From: Basidiobolus meristosporus CBS 931.73
Lineage: Eukaryota; Fungi; Basidiobolomycota
Direction of reading: 5' to 3'
NCBI GenBank assembly: GCA_002104905.1
Contig: MCFE01000395.1
Location: 1 to 64,000, forward strand
Length of the DNA stretch: 64,000 nucleotides
The first letter of the stretch is position 1. Each line of letters begins with the position of its first letter. Below are positions 1 through 11,593 of the stretch, one piece after another. The notes beneath the pieces are model-generated. The model made no database searches, was not told the DNA's origin, and saw nothing but the letters and a program-made list of their open reading frames with translations. Made by a program: the position numbers and the translations under genes.

Positions 1-80
1 ATGCTCCACCTGCAAAAGATTTAACCGGAGTCAGAAGATAGGGACAACCGCACCAATACTGCTTGACCTACCCTTCCACC
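1..80 (+). pseudogene. Gypsy-B integrase remnant, 5' part (Zn-finger CxxC into the core), split by Copia-A1
   Basis: Frame 2 reads CSTCKRFNRSQKIGTTAPILLDLPFH and continues across the CCACC TSD as QVGTDFVGPF at 4763+. Confidence 0.85.
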
Positions 81-429
81 TGTTGTAAAAGTTTGTATTT
101 CCATCTAAATATTCACCTAACTTAGTCACTTAGATCATTACCTTCAAATCCTAGAAAATACTGACCAAATTCCTTGTTGGGATTTACTTAGAGTATTTTC
201 ACCAAAATACCAGGTACCCAGAATATGAAAATTCTCAAAGTTGTCCAAACAGCCCCAAACTTTGCACACATGTTCTTGGGACCTTCCTTAACCTATTCTA
301 CGTGTTTGCAATGCCAAGACCAGGTAAAAGTATAAATACTACTTTTACATTCAGTAAATCATTAAGTGAAAACCACATAATCTACTTGTTGTCCCAATCA
401 CTTCCAATATCTCCAAGACTCTTACAACA
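81..429 (+). repeat. Copia-A 5' LTR (349 bp)
   Basis: Direct repeat of 4414-4762; TG...CA ends; TATA-like GTATAAATACT at 330-340. Confidence 0.97.
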
Positions 430-441
430 GGTTATGAGCCC
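430..441 (+). promoter_or_regulatory. Primer-binding site complementary to the tRNAiMet anticodon arm (half-tRNA priming)
   Basis: GGTTATGAGCCC abuts the LTR and is the complement of GGGCUCAUAACC (Ty5/Drosophila-copia-type priming). Confidence 0.9.
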
Positions 442-3400
442 CAAGCTGTCACTCTCTGCAATGTCTACTACTGCTATTACTGGAATTTTTCCCTCTGCTG
501 AAAAGTTGGATGGATCTAACTACCAAGTGTGGAAGGTGAAGATGAAGATGCTGCTACAAGAAAGAGGCCTTTGGATATTGTCATGGGAGAAGAATGCCCT
601 CCTAAAAACGTGGGAGAGGAAGCCTTGAAGTACCAGAAGAAAGAACAAAGTGCCTTTAACTGCATTGCCTTAATGTCAAGGACAAATTGCTAATTCAATG
701 CTCAAGAGCAAAAACAGCAAAGAATGCCTGGAAGGCATTAGAAGACACCTACCAGTCATGTTCAGCTGCCAAGAAAATGTATCTGAGAAGAAAATTCTTT
801 ACTACAAAGATGCTGCCAGGAGGAGAAATGAAAAATCTAATTAACAGAATTACCCTGCTGGTAGATGAGATGGAATCTGTGGGTGTACCAACTACTGATG
901 AGGATGTGATAGTTACCATCCTGAATAGCCTGACAGATGAGTTTCAGGGCCTTGTATCAGCCCTAGAGTCCAGAACTGGAGATTTGACCTTAAATTACGT
1001 ATATGGAAGGCTCCTGGATGAAGAATTAAGAAAATCAAGCGCCAATAAGAAGGAAGAAGAAAATGCTTTAATAAGCAATGATAACCAACAAAGGAGGTAC
1101 CCAAGACCCTACAAAGGCAATAGCAACCTATTTTGCAACTACTGCAAAAGGAAAGGACACACATCAGACCGGTGTTTCAAAAAGAGAGATTATCAGCAAA
1201 AGAAGCCTGAATATGGAAATGCTGCAACAACTGAAGATAGACTATTCATATCTGCACTAAATATGACCACAAACAAGGATTCTCAGACGTGGTATATTGA
1301 CTCTGGAGCTTCTCAACACTTTACACACCAAAAAGAACTTTTTACCCAATATCAAGAAATTACAATTAAGAAGGTTTTCATGGGTGACAATAGAACACTT
1401 GATGCAGTGGGAGAAGGAACTATTCAAGTAAACCTTAGAAGCAGTGAAGGAAGCCATACATGGACCTTTAAAGAAGTACTCTATGTACCAGAAATAGCCA
1501 AGAACCTACTCTCTGTAAGCAAGGCCACAGCAGAAGGACTCAGTTTCAGTTTTGACAATTCTGGATGCAGGATCACTGATCAAAAGGGTGCCCATATTGC
1601 TTTGGGCATCAGAGATCAGAATCTATACAGGTTGACTTATATTCCATCATATTTGGAAGCCAATATAAGTAACTTAAATGAAGAAACACCAATGCTTTGG
1701 CACAGGAGATTTGGACACATCAATTTTGATTATTTGCGTAAAATGATCAAAGATCAGCTAATTTCTGGAGTGAAAATTGATCCCCCAGCTAATTTGGAGC
1801 ACTGTGAAGCTTGCATATATGGGAAACAAGCCAGACAACCGTTCAAGAGCTCTGGGCTAATCAAAACTAAGAAAAAATTTGATCTAATTCACTCAGATCT
1901 GTGTGGACCTATGCAAAATTTATCCTTAGGCGGGATGAAGTATTTAATCGCTTTTATTGATGATTATACAAGATACACATGGGTCTACTTCATGCAGAGA
2001 AAGGAAGAAGCTCTGTCTAAGTTCAGGGAGTTTAAAGCCATGGTGGAGAGAGAAACTGGTGAAAAAATCAAGAAAATACGCTCTGACAATGGTGGAGAAT
2101 ATACCTCAAAACTCTTCATCCACTTCTGCAAAATTCATGGGATAAAGCAAGAGACTACTGTACCATACTCCCCACAGCAAAATGGAGTAGCAGAACAAGC
2201 TAACAGATCAATAATTGATATGGCAAGATCTATGATCCATGATCAAAAACTATCCTATGATTTTTGGGTGGAATCAGTTGCCACTGCTGTATATCTTAAA
2301 AATAGGAGTTATAACAGAATACTTTGTGATTCTACTCCATTTGAAGCACGGTATGGATACAGACCAAGTGCAGAACATCTAAGAATATTTGGGTGTACAG
2401 CATATGCCAAAAAACTGGCCGGAAATCAGTCAAAATTTGAGCCAAAAAGTGTAAAATGCATATTTTTGGGCTACTGCAATGAGAGTAAGGCATACAGACT
2501 CTACAATACCTAAGCAAAGAAGCTGATCAAGTCCACGGATGTGTTGTTTGATGAAAATTCAAAATTTTCACAAAAAATGACATCAGATGATGACAAAAAT
2601 TTGATCTCAAGTCCACCAATTGTCAGGATTGAATAAGAGCAAAACATTGAAAATTTTTTCACTCCAGAGGACTCTACAACCATGGTTCAGCCAGAATCAG
2701 TGCCCAGGAATATCCCAGAAGTGATCATTCCAGTATCAAATGCCCGGAGATCCAATTGGACAAGAAATAGCCCAAATTACTGTATCAATGAGGGTACAAA
2801 CTTAGCCTATGCCTATTCAGTCCATATTGATGAACCCCAGACTGTAAAAGAGGCCCTAAATAGCCCTCAGACAAGGTTTTGGAGATCTGCAATGACTGAG
2901 GAATATCAGGCCCTGATGGTAAATCAAACTTGGGACTTAGTCAAATTACCAATCAACCAAAAATCAATTGGATGCAGATGGGTCTTCAAGACAAAATACA
3001 AGGCTGATGGTACAATTGAAAGATACAAAGCAAGACTTGTAGCCAAAGGATACTCTCAAACAAAAGGACATGACTATACTGAGACCTTTGCACCGGTAGC
3101 CAAGTTTAATTCCATCAGATTAATATTGGCTATTGCAGCCAAATATAAGTTTTTTATTCATCAAATGGATGTAAAAACTGCATTTTTGAATGGAGAACTT
3201 GATGAGGATGTGTATATGGACCAGCCTGATGGGTTTGTTGACCAAGATAACCCCCATTTGGTCTGCAAGCTTAAAAAGTCACTATATGGTCTCAAACAAT
3301 CACCAAGAGCCTGGAATTGCAAGATAGATTCTTATTTGGAATCTTTGAGCTTCAAAAGGAGTAATGCTGACTATGGTATATACTATAAGCCAGATAGAGC

Positions 3401-4402
3401 AAATCCAGTTCTATTAGCTCTATATGTGGATGATCTTATTATAGCCGCCAGTTACCTAGAAACATTGGAAGAGACTAAATCCAACCTAACTAAGGAGTTC
3501 AAGATGTGCGATCTAGGAGAACTCAGTTACTACTTAGGGATTAAGTTCTCCATAGACAGAAGTACCAGACTATCACCCTAAGCCAATCCAAGTATATTCA
3601 AGATATACTAAAGAAGTACAAAATGGAAGACTGTAAACCGGCAGCTACCCCAATGGAGACAAACCTTAACTTGGTCAAAACTCAACCAAATCAAGAGAGC
3701 TTGGTGCCATCTGAAAGCCCTGACTTTCCTTATCAATCTATGGTTGGCAGTTGGATGTATATCATGCTTGGAACACGTCCAGATATCTCATATTCAGTGG
3801 GAGTTGTCAGCCAACATAATCAGAACTATGGATCTGATCATATTGCAGCAGTTAAGCGGATTTTTAGATACCTAAAAGGAACTGCTGATATTTGCTTAAG
3901 ATACACTTATAAGGATTCAGAACAGGATCTTTTGGGATACTCTGATGCAGATTGGGGACAAAATTTGGAAGACAGAAGATCCACCTCAGGATACACCTTT
4001 CTTTACTGTAAAGGAGCAATTTCATGGAATTCAAGAAAGCAACCAACCGTAGCACTTTCTACTACAAAGGCAGAGTATATGGCAGCCTGTGAAGCTACAA
4101 AAGAAGCAATGTGGTTAAGAAAGCTCTTTACAGATTTAGGCCTATGTCAAAAAACGCCTATTACTTTATTTCAAGATAATCAAGGATGTATACAATTAGG
4201 TAGAAATCCAACTTTTGATGCTAGAACCAAGCACATAGATATTAGACATCACTTCATACGTGAAACTATAGATAATAACTTAGTTAGCTTAGTTTACAGT
4301 CCTACAGATGAAATGATTGCAGACATATTTACCAAACCATTAGCTAGCAACAAGTTTGAATATCTTAGGTCAAAATTAGGACTAGTCAGTGTGAACATTT
4401 AG
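434..4402 (+). pseudogene. gag-pol: Copia-A1 gag-pol with frameshifts and stops
   Basis: Motifs: CNYCKRKGHTSDRC; WYIDSGASQH; HRRFGH..CEAC; HSDLCGP/RSDNGGEY/NGVAE; KARLVAKG, QMDVKTAFL, YVDDL; YSDADW, DNQG, ADIFTK. Frameshifts at ~570, ~670 and ~3570; stops at ~2511 and ~2635. Confidence 0.95.
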
Positions 4403-4413
4403 CTGAGTGGGAG

Positions 4414-4762
4414 TGTTGTAAAAATCTGTAGTTCCACCTAAATATTCACCTAACTTAGTCACTTAGATCATTACCTTCAAATCCTAGAAAATACTGACCA
4501 AATTCCTTGTCGGGATTTACTTAGAATATTTTCACCAAAATACCAGGTACCCAGAATATGAAAATTCTCAAAGTTGTCCAAACAGCCCCAAACTTTGCAC
4601 ACATGTTCTTGGGACCTTCCTTAACCTATTCTACGTGTTTGCAATGCCAAGACCAGGTAAAAGTATAAATACTACTTTTACATTCAGTAAATCATTAAGT
4701 GAAAACCACATAATCTACTTGTTCTCCCAATCACTTCCAATATCTCCAAGACTCTTACAACA
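4414..4762 (+). repeat. Copia-A 3' LTR
   Basis: Preceded by purine tract GAGTGGGAG and followed by TSD CCACC. Confidence 0.97.
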
Positions 4763-5592
4763 CCACCAGGTAGGGACTGACTTTGTTGGCCCCTTTATGA
4801 AAACAAAGAAAGGAGAACAATATATATTAATTGTTACCATATTATTTCTCAAAGTGGGTAGAAGCCCAAGCCATCCAAAATAAAGACCAGAAGACAACTG
4901 CCCAATTCATTCTAGAACACCTCATCTGCCAGCACAAATATCCTTAGATACTCCTGTCCAACAATGGTGGCTCCTTCCTGATCAACACCGTGGCCCATTT
5001 GTGCAAAATGATAGGCGTGAAACAGGTCTTCATGGCCACGTATCACCCCCAGACCAACAGATTAACCAAGATGATGAACCAGACATGCTAATGTATACTA
5101 GAGAAGCTCCACTGGGAACTTCCCCAATCATGGGCCAAGCTACTCCCACTGACACTCCTAGCAATGCGTACAATACCCAATGAAACAACCAGTATCTCCC
5201 CATACAAAGTTCTGTATGGACAAAGACCCAAGTGGCGTGAAGAGGCTGGATTGACAACGGAAGGTGTCCCCTTGACAACACATTACAACTATGTAGAAAG
5301 ATTGATACACCATATTGCCCACCTATACATAAAAGTATTTGAAAATGTTGACAAGCACCTTTCCCCTCCACCCGAAAGTAAGAAACTAACAGGACAAAAG
5401 TAGAAACCAGGCAATAAAGTGTGGTACAATCAAACCGTTGCAGGCCTCAAGTTTTGCCCACAATTTACACCCCAATGGATTGGCCCTTGCACCATTATTA
5501 GCTTGGACCATGGGCCAAAGTAGACCATCACCCTGAACAATAAGACAATCAGCAACATAGCACCAGCCCATCTGAAACCAAAGTGTGATTAA
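4763..5592 (+). pseudogene. Gypsy-B integrase remnant, core and C-terminus
   Basis: GTDFVGP, SKWVEAQAI, YHPQTN, SPYKVLYG, PQWIGP, reading through several stops and shifts. Confidence 0.85.
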
Positions 5593-5622
5593 ACAATTAT
5601 CAGGACAAGGATAGAGGCAGAC

Positions 5623-6890
5623 ATGGGATACATACAAAGTTTATTAGATGAGATTTTAGTTGATATAGGTTCAAATGATATGTGCAAGGAAGTTTGCCTG
5701 AAGGGGAGAACAAAAGAATGCATACGGAAAGCGCTGAAGGAAACAGTTTACCCAAAACTGGCAGTACCCCTCCCACCAGCAAGAACCAAGATGAAATCAA
5801 AAACAAGACCAACCTGCAAGTGTTGAGAGATATTGTACAAGCATTACATGCAACAAGAGCCACCTTTGAAGAGTTGTTTGCTGGAGCAGTCACATTGATA
5901 CAAGACATAATCAGAGAGGGACAAGACAAGTTACCCACACCAATACAAAGCATGGAGATACTACCTGAGACAACCATGTATCACCTAAGAGGAGGTTCCT
6001 TGATCATTAAGGAGAAGGATGCTGCACTGATTCCCGTATTCATACTGGACACAGTCAGACAGAAGACATAAGGAATCAACTGCTGCACCCTCACAAGACC
6101 TCAAGATCCCCCCTGTTTTGTTGCATACTTGCCATTAATAGGTACCATGGTTGTTGAGGTATACACAGACCTGGTACAAGCCACAAGAGCACCAGAACTA
6201 GAACTCCCAATTGAAGGACTCCACCAAGAAATTTGCAACCATCTTCAACTGCATTTCCAAGAAGGAACCATCTTATAGAAGATATGCAAACAAGTTAAAT
6301 ACACCAGCCAGTTAACCCATGCAATCCACCAAGTTGCTGTGTTACAACTATTACAGTGGTTTACCATATGACAACTCAGGAAGCAGTACAGAGTCCAGCT
6401 CCAAGAAGCTGAACAAACTGCTGCGGACTCTGTTGAAACCATGAGGCACCTACAAAAGCACCTCAATTGTGCCACAATTTCTACAGAAGAACTACAATAC
6501 ATCTTGGAAGAAGCAAAAACTTGTTATCAACAATGGGTCACTGCTGAGCAAGTGTATGCCCTGTTCAAAAGGTCCCCCACCATTATATTGAACACAAAAA
6601 GGACAAGCCCCAATAATGTTTGCAAGATAAAGAAGCAAGACTTTATTGTGCTATTGCACCTTTTTCATTCTCCAACCCTCCCAAGGTACTTACCCAGAAC
6701 CCTATGGTTTGCCAACCATTTGGCTATGTGGAAAACATCCCTCAAGCAATGCAAGCTGCACCCCACTCTGCTGCCAAATGGTATCAGGTATTTGCCCACA
6801 GGCCCCTTGCAAGTGACAACCAGCAATGGTACTATGGTGACTCCCCATGCTCTGTGAACAAAATTGACCCTGGAGAAGCAAGTTAGTCAG
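5623..6890 (+). pseudogene. Additional decayed ORF between the Gypsy-B integrase and the putative 3' LTR; product unknown
   Basis: ORFs 5682-6071 and 6441-6857 share one frame, with about three stops between them; 6620-6886 looks like a frameshifted continuation. Confidence 0.55.
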
Positions 6891-6930
6891 AGAACTTCAA
6901 GGACAAAGCTCCCTCTTAACCCCTGGGATA

Positions 6931-7090
6931 TGTGAGTACTAAATGCAGTACCCACTCTTTGCCCAAGAGTTCTCCCGAGAGTCCTACCCAAAGTCCCCCA
7001 GTATCCTCCCTATAGTCCCCCAATGCGCCCTCTCTCCTATCCCTGCCCTTATCTAGTTAGAACACTTACCATAACAGGAAGGTGCTCACA
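6931..7090 (+). repeat. Putative short Gypsy-B 3' LTR
   Basis: Ends TGTGAGTAC...GTGCTCACA form an imperfect inverted repeat, preceded by a degenerate PPT-like ...GGGATA. The partner LTR is not in the window. Confidence 0.4.
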
Positions 7091-7153
7091 CTCCTATTTT
7101 ATAACATATTATCTATTATCTAAGCCCCCCAAGTGATATATATATCTACCACT

Positions 7154-9480
7154 AGTACCACACTGAGTATCAATCAAGTGCAAACATATCCAATATATTT
7201 GATGGCAAACATTATAAACAGCTAAGAAGCAAGGGCTACTCTGAAGGTATGTATGACCATTCCTTCGCCATAGCACTTGACAGATTCTCATTAAACAAGC
7301 TCTCTACCAGCAAATCCTGCTGGCCACTGATTCTCATCAGTCTGAGTCTGCTGCCCATCTTACGGTATCAGTGCAATGATCTGATGGTAGTCTCACTGGT
7401 ATCTGGGCCTAAATCACTGTCCAACCTGGATAGCTACCTGCATCCATTGCAGGATGAATTTTGTATGCTTTCCAGTGGGATAACAGCAAATGGCTGTCAT
7501 GTAAAAGCTTATATTATTATCTGCATTGGAGATACCCCAGCCATCAGCAAGATAGTAGGTTTTTCCAGGCACAATGGATGGTATTGCTGTTGAATGTGTG
7601 ATATCCAGGGGATTTACTCCATAACTAACACACATTATTATTACCCAAACACCAGCACTAAGAACATCATCTTTCTATGAAGAGAACATACAGAAGTAAG
7701 CATGCAATTGCAGCATAGTTGGCAAGCTACAGGCCATTGGCTGGAATATGTAATCAATAGGAAACCAGAGATACTTGAGATAGAGGGTATTTGTTGGAGC
7801 AAAAGATTTCCACTGAGAGCAATGCATTTGCTTTTTAACAATATCCCTATACTGATGACCAAGTTGTACATGAAGCATTTCAAGCTAAATGAGCCCTTCA
7901 AGATACCTGAGAAATTTGAAAGAATTGGTAAGATATTACAAAGTATCTGCTACCCTAAGTACTTCCCATGGGCTCCAATCAATATTCATATGCATATGCA
8001 ACAATACAAATGCACAGACTGGATGAGCTGCATATGTATTTATTCAAGTGGTGTTCTGAAGCCATTCCTACTAAGAGTACATTGCAAGCATTGGGAGTTA
8101 TATATGGACATTGTAAGAATATTTATCCATAAGTGGATTGCAACTTCCAACTTGACGCATCTACAGCTGTTGTGTCAGCAGTTTGTGATGGTATTTGAGC
8201 AGCTATACTACAAACATAATGCTGACATGTAAATCTCTGCCACTACTGTATCCATTCTCTACTCCAAATTGCACAGTGTGAGGAGAATATTGGGCCTTGC
8301 TTCACCTTTTGGGAGTTTCCTATGTAGCAGATGAGTGGGGAGATAGGAAGACAAGTCAAGTTGCAGGTACTACCATATCCCAGTCTCATCAAGAATATTA
8401 GCTTCAAGTCTGTCATGGATGTAATGAGTTGGCACATGGAGGACAGCCAGGAAGAGTTGGAAAATACTGAGGACAAATGTGCACATAGTGACACCTATGC
8501 CTATGGCATTAAGAAGCTAAGCAGCCCCTATACATGGGTAATAGGTTAAGTAATGCAAAGTTGGGTTGGGTGCAACAAGCAACTGATTTTTATCAGGAAA
8601 ACTCTACTAAGATATGCCTAATTTCTCATGGTCACAAGCCAACTTCTACACCATTCAATATGGAATTCACACAAACAAAAGCCAGAACATACCTATATGG
8701 GGGACTAGAATCCAGTTGGGAGAAGGAATATAGTGGCTAAATACAGAGAATTTCTTTGCAGATATTCAGGAGGCATTCATAACAGAAGTGGCAACAACCA
8801 AGCATATGTTTGCAAGATGTATATGTTACCAGCAGTACAAGGTATATAACAACTTTGCAAGTATCACACTAAAAGCCGTAAAGTTGAGGTGATAGAAGTA
8901 TGTCAATGGCGGCAGGTGTGCATGTTTGTAGAGGTTAGTAAGCAGGAGGCCATAGTTTTTTTTATTCAAACTATATGTGGAATACCCAAGGTAGTAGTGG
9001 GTAAGCAAATAAAGAGGGGTGATTCTACAGTAGAATATATGAATTGCACAAGGGGAGGTAGAAAAAGTAAACACCATTTGGTAAGTTGGTACAGTAGCAT
9101 TATACAGAACCAGTGGTGGCTATTATACTGCCAATATAATGCCATCAAAGTCTTGCTGTGAGGCTGTCAAAATACCGTCAAGTTTCTTGTCATATAAGGC
9201 AATTGTATGTCCTGGCCAACTGGATTGAGGTAAAATAGTAATAGAGTGCTGAAAGACCTCAACAATACTATGAAATATTATCACAGCACCAATAAGATAT
9301 TGTCAAGTTTTATTCCTTTATTTGGTTCTAAAACTAGTGAAACACCATTATGATCCCATCATAAGATTGTTAGGAGGGTGACTAATTATAAGCTGCTGTC
9401 ATTGTGATGATCTCTTCATGGGATCTTGATGGCTGATGTGGATTGGATCCCCCTGCAGGACCAAATTATTTTTCATTGTG
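7154..9480 (+). pseudogene. CACTA/EnSpm-like transposase remnant, copy 1 (5'-truncated)
   Basis: IFDGKHY..L, WPLIL, SGPK, DSYLHPL, GDTPAISK, HNGWYCC resemble Transposase_21. FE.LYY..IH.L..GP..W.FPM resembles DUF4218. Homologous to 36230-37969. Confidence 0.8.
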
Positions 9481-9529
9481 AATGCTGAGCGTGTAGTTCT
9501 TTGCTGCTACTGCATCCAGTTGCTACACC

Positions 9530-9755
9530 ATCTTACTTGGTGTGTTGAGAATGTTGGACCTTGCTTCACCTTTTTGGAGTTTCTCATGGAGTGGATGTGT
9601 GGGGAGATAGGAAGACAAGTCAAGTTGCAAGTACTATCATATCCCAATCTCATCAAAAATATTATACTCAAGTCTGTCATGGATGTGATGAGTTGGCACT
9701 TGGAGGACAGCTAGTAAGATTTAGAAAATACTGAGGACAGACGTGCACATAGAGA
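9530..9755 (+). pseudogene. Extra fragment of the CACTA transposase DUF4218-like segment
   Basis: Near-repeat of 8270-8490 (ENVGPCFTFLEF.ME..GEIGRQVKLQV). Confidence 0.75.
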
Positions 9756-9764
9756 TACCAAAGC

Positions 9765-9985
9765 AGGCTGATTTTTCACCAATTGCCTCATATTCTGTTC
9801 TCCAATGTGTCTTAGCCTCCTATGTCATGTCTTTCTGCTTGATTCATGGACTTGAGTAGTGTGGAATTACTCAAGTACAATAATCTTGCATTGTAACTTG
9901 TGTACATTGTGATATCTAGTTCTAGGAGTTATTTTTTGTCCATTTTTGCTCAATATTGAACAGCTCAGCTTAGTAAACAAGCGTC
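9765..9985 (-). pseudogene. Old Copia-B fragment (pre-integrase region)
   Basis: Aligns by eye to 24220-24430. Confidence 0.7.
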
Positions 9986-9999
9986 TGTCCTTGTCCAGA

Positions 10000-11215
10000 G
10001 TCCCTGTGTAATCCTCTGATGGTAACAATACCTCTTAGCTACAGAACTTTAACCTTGATGCAGTCTTTTGACTGGATGATTACAGTTATTTAGCATAGGA
10101 AATACTCTCAATATAATCCAGGTAGAAATGTGTTTGGAAAGACACTTGAGTAACTTGAAATCTTGTGAAATACAGCCCTTGTTTTTGTAGTATTGTATAT
10201 CAGTATGAATATTGACTGGAGCCTGTGAGAAATACTTTGAGTAGTAGAAACTCTAAAGTATCTTAGGTCAGATGATAGTTTCCCCGCAGATTGCATTCAT
10301 AAATCATCCAGCAATTGATACAGTTTGCTTTACAGGTTGGACAGTGATCTAGGCCCAGTTACCAGTGTCACTGTCCTCAGATTTCTTTGTGATATTGAAG
10401 GATGGGTGGCTACTTGAGATTGATGCAAGTTAGTGGCTAGCAGGACTTACTGGCCAAGTACTTGATCATTGAGAATCTATCAAGTGCAATGGTAAAGGCA
10501 TTGTCATACATAATTTCAAAGAAGCCCTTACTTCTAAGTTGTTTTTAATGATTTTTATCAAATAAATTGGAAATGTTTTTACTTGATGTACACTATGTGT
10601 GGTACTTCATAGCATTATAATATTGTTTAGACTGCACAAGCTACTTTAAATGGGGTACTACTGGAAGATATCTGCAGTGTGAACATTCTTTTCCTCTCAG
10701 AGGGTGGACTCCTGCCTAGTTGGACACCTGGCAATAGCAGTTTTTCTGATATAAGTACAATACAACTGCTCACATACAATGGTATTAGGACAGTCTCTGG
10801 GTCATGCGTTGTAAGCCACACAACAGCTGTCTGTTTGAACTAGGTACAGGGTAGATTGCACCCCAGGAAGATTTTGGCAAAAAGAAGCAGTAAATCATCA
10901 AAGCCCCCATTTGTAATATAGGTGAGAGTATGCCACCGCTCTAGCCACAATACTGCATCATTCACTAGTAGATGAATTACTGGCCACATATGACTCAATA
11001 AAGTATCTGTGTCAATTTTTCCATTGGTAGTGTCCCATTGTATATTGAGGATTTGCCAGGCTCATGCTGGGGACTGTTGTGAGGTAAGATTGGCTCACAA
11101 TCCATCAGTGATCCTTCTTCAGCAGAGCTATCACTTTGCATGCCATATTTAGAAAACTGAGGTGAGCCTAAAGGTGTCACAAGCTCACCTGATACAGGTA
11201 GTGCAAGGTGACAGG
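10000..11215 (-). pseudogene. CACTA-like transposase remnant, copy 2 (internally deleted; continues at 15998-16110)
   Basis: Reverse complement matches MTPLGSPQ.SxYG, HDPETVLIP..VSSC, FDK..K..RSKGF and GPRS motifs of the other copies. Confidence 0.75.
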
Positions 11216-11583
11216 TGTTACAAGTCTTGGTATAAGAGTTGTAGAGGAATAGGGAGTTTAGCTAGTATTGTATTCACTAAAACTTGAACTGATTTTTATT
11301 GAGGTTCCAGCAGCTCCTTATATACATTTTGCCAGATCAATTGCTGACTAATTGTATTTCCTAATGTAGGTTGTGGCTGATGACTCATTTGATTGCATCA
11401 TCATCACCCAATAAGATCCTACTTAATATATCTATTTCTGTCTGATAAGGATCTGCTGATTCATTTGCTGACTAATGCTACTGATTTCATAGATAATACT
11501 GATGTACTGATAACCTAAACATATACTAACTGATTTGACTAAAAACTGATCTAACTTAAACATTCAAGCGGCAGATCATAACA
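11216..11583 (-). repeat. Gypsy-A1 3' LTR (368 bp)
   Basis: Next to the PPT; identical to 15630-15997. Confidence 0.97.
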
Positions 11584-11593
11584 TTCTCCCCTA

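Larger units (their letters stand above)
81..4762 (+). mobile_element. Copia-A1, full-length Ty1/copia LTR retrotransposon (disabled)
   Basis: TGTTG...CAACA LTRs at 81-429 and 4414-4762 (~7 mismatches by eye). 5-bp TSD CCACC at 76-80 and 4763-4767. PBS 430-441, PPT ~4405-4413. Domain order gag-PR-IN-RT-RH. Confidence 0.97.

Noticed and set aside
302-628. Repeated small ORFs MFAMPRPGK.. (also 4635, 57426), MLKYW.. (40276, 44587) and MLCRRILPQ..
   Set aside because: These are chance frames within LTRs or alternate frames of gag-pol; they recur only because the repeats do.
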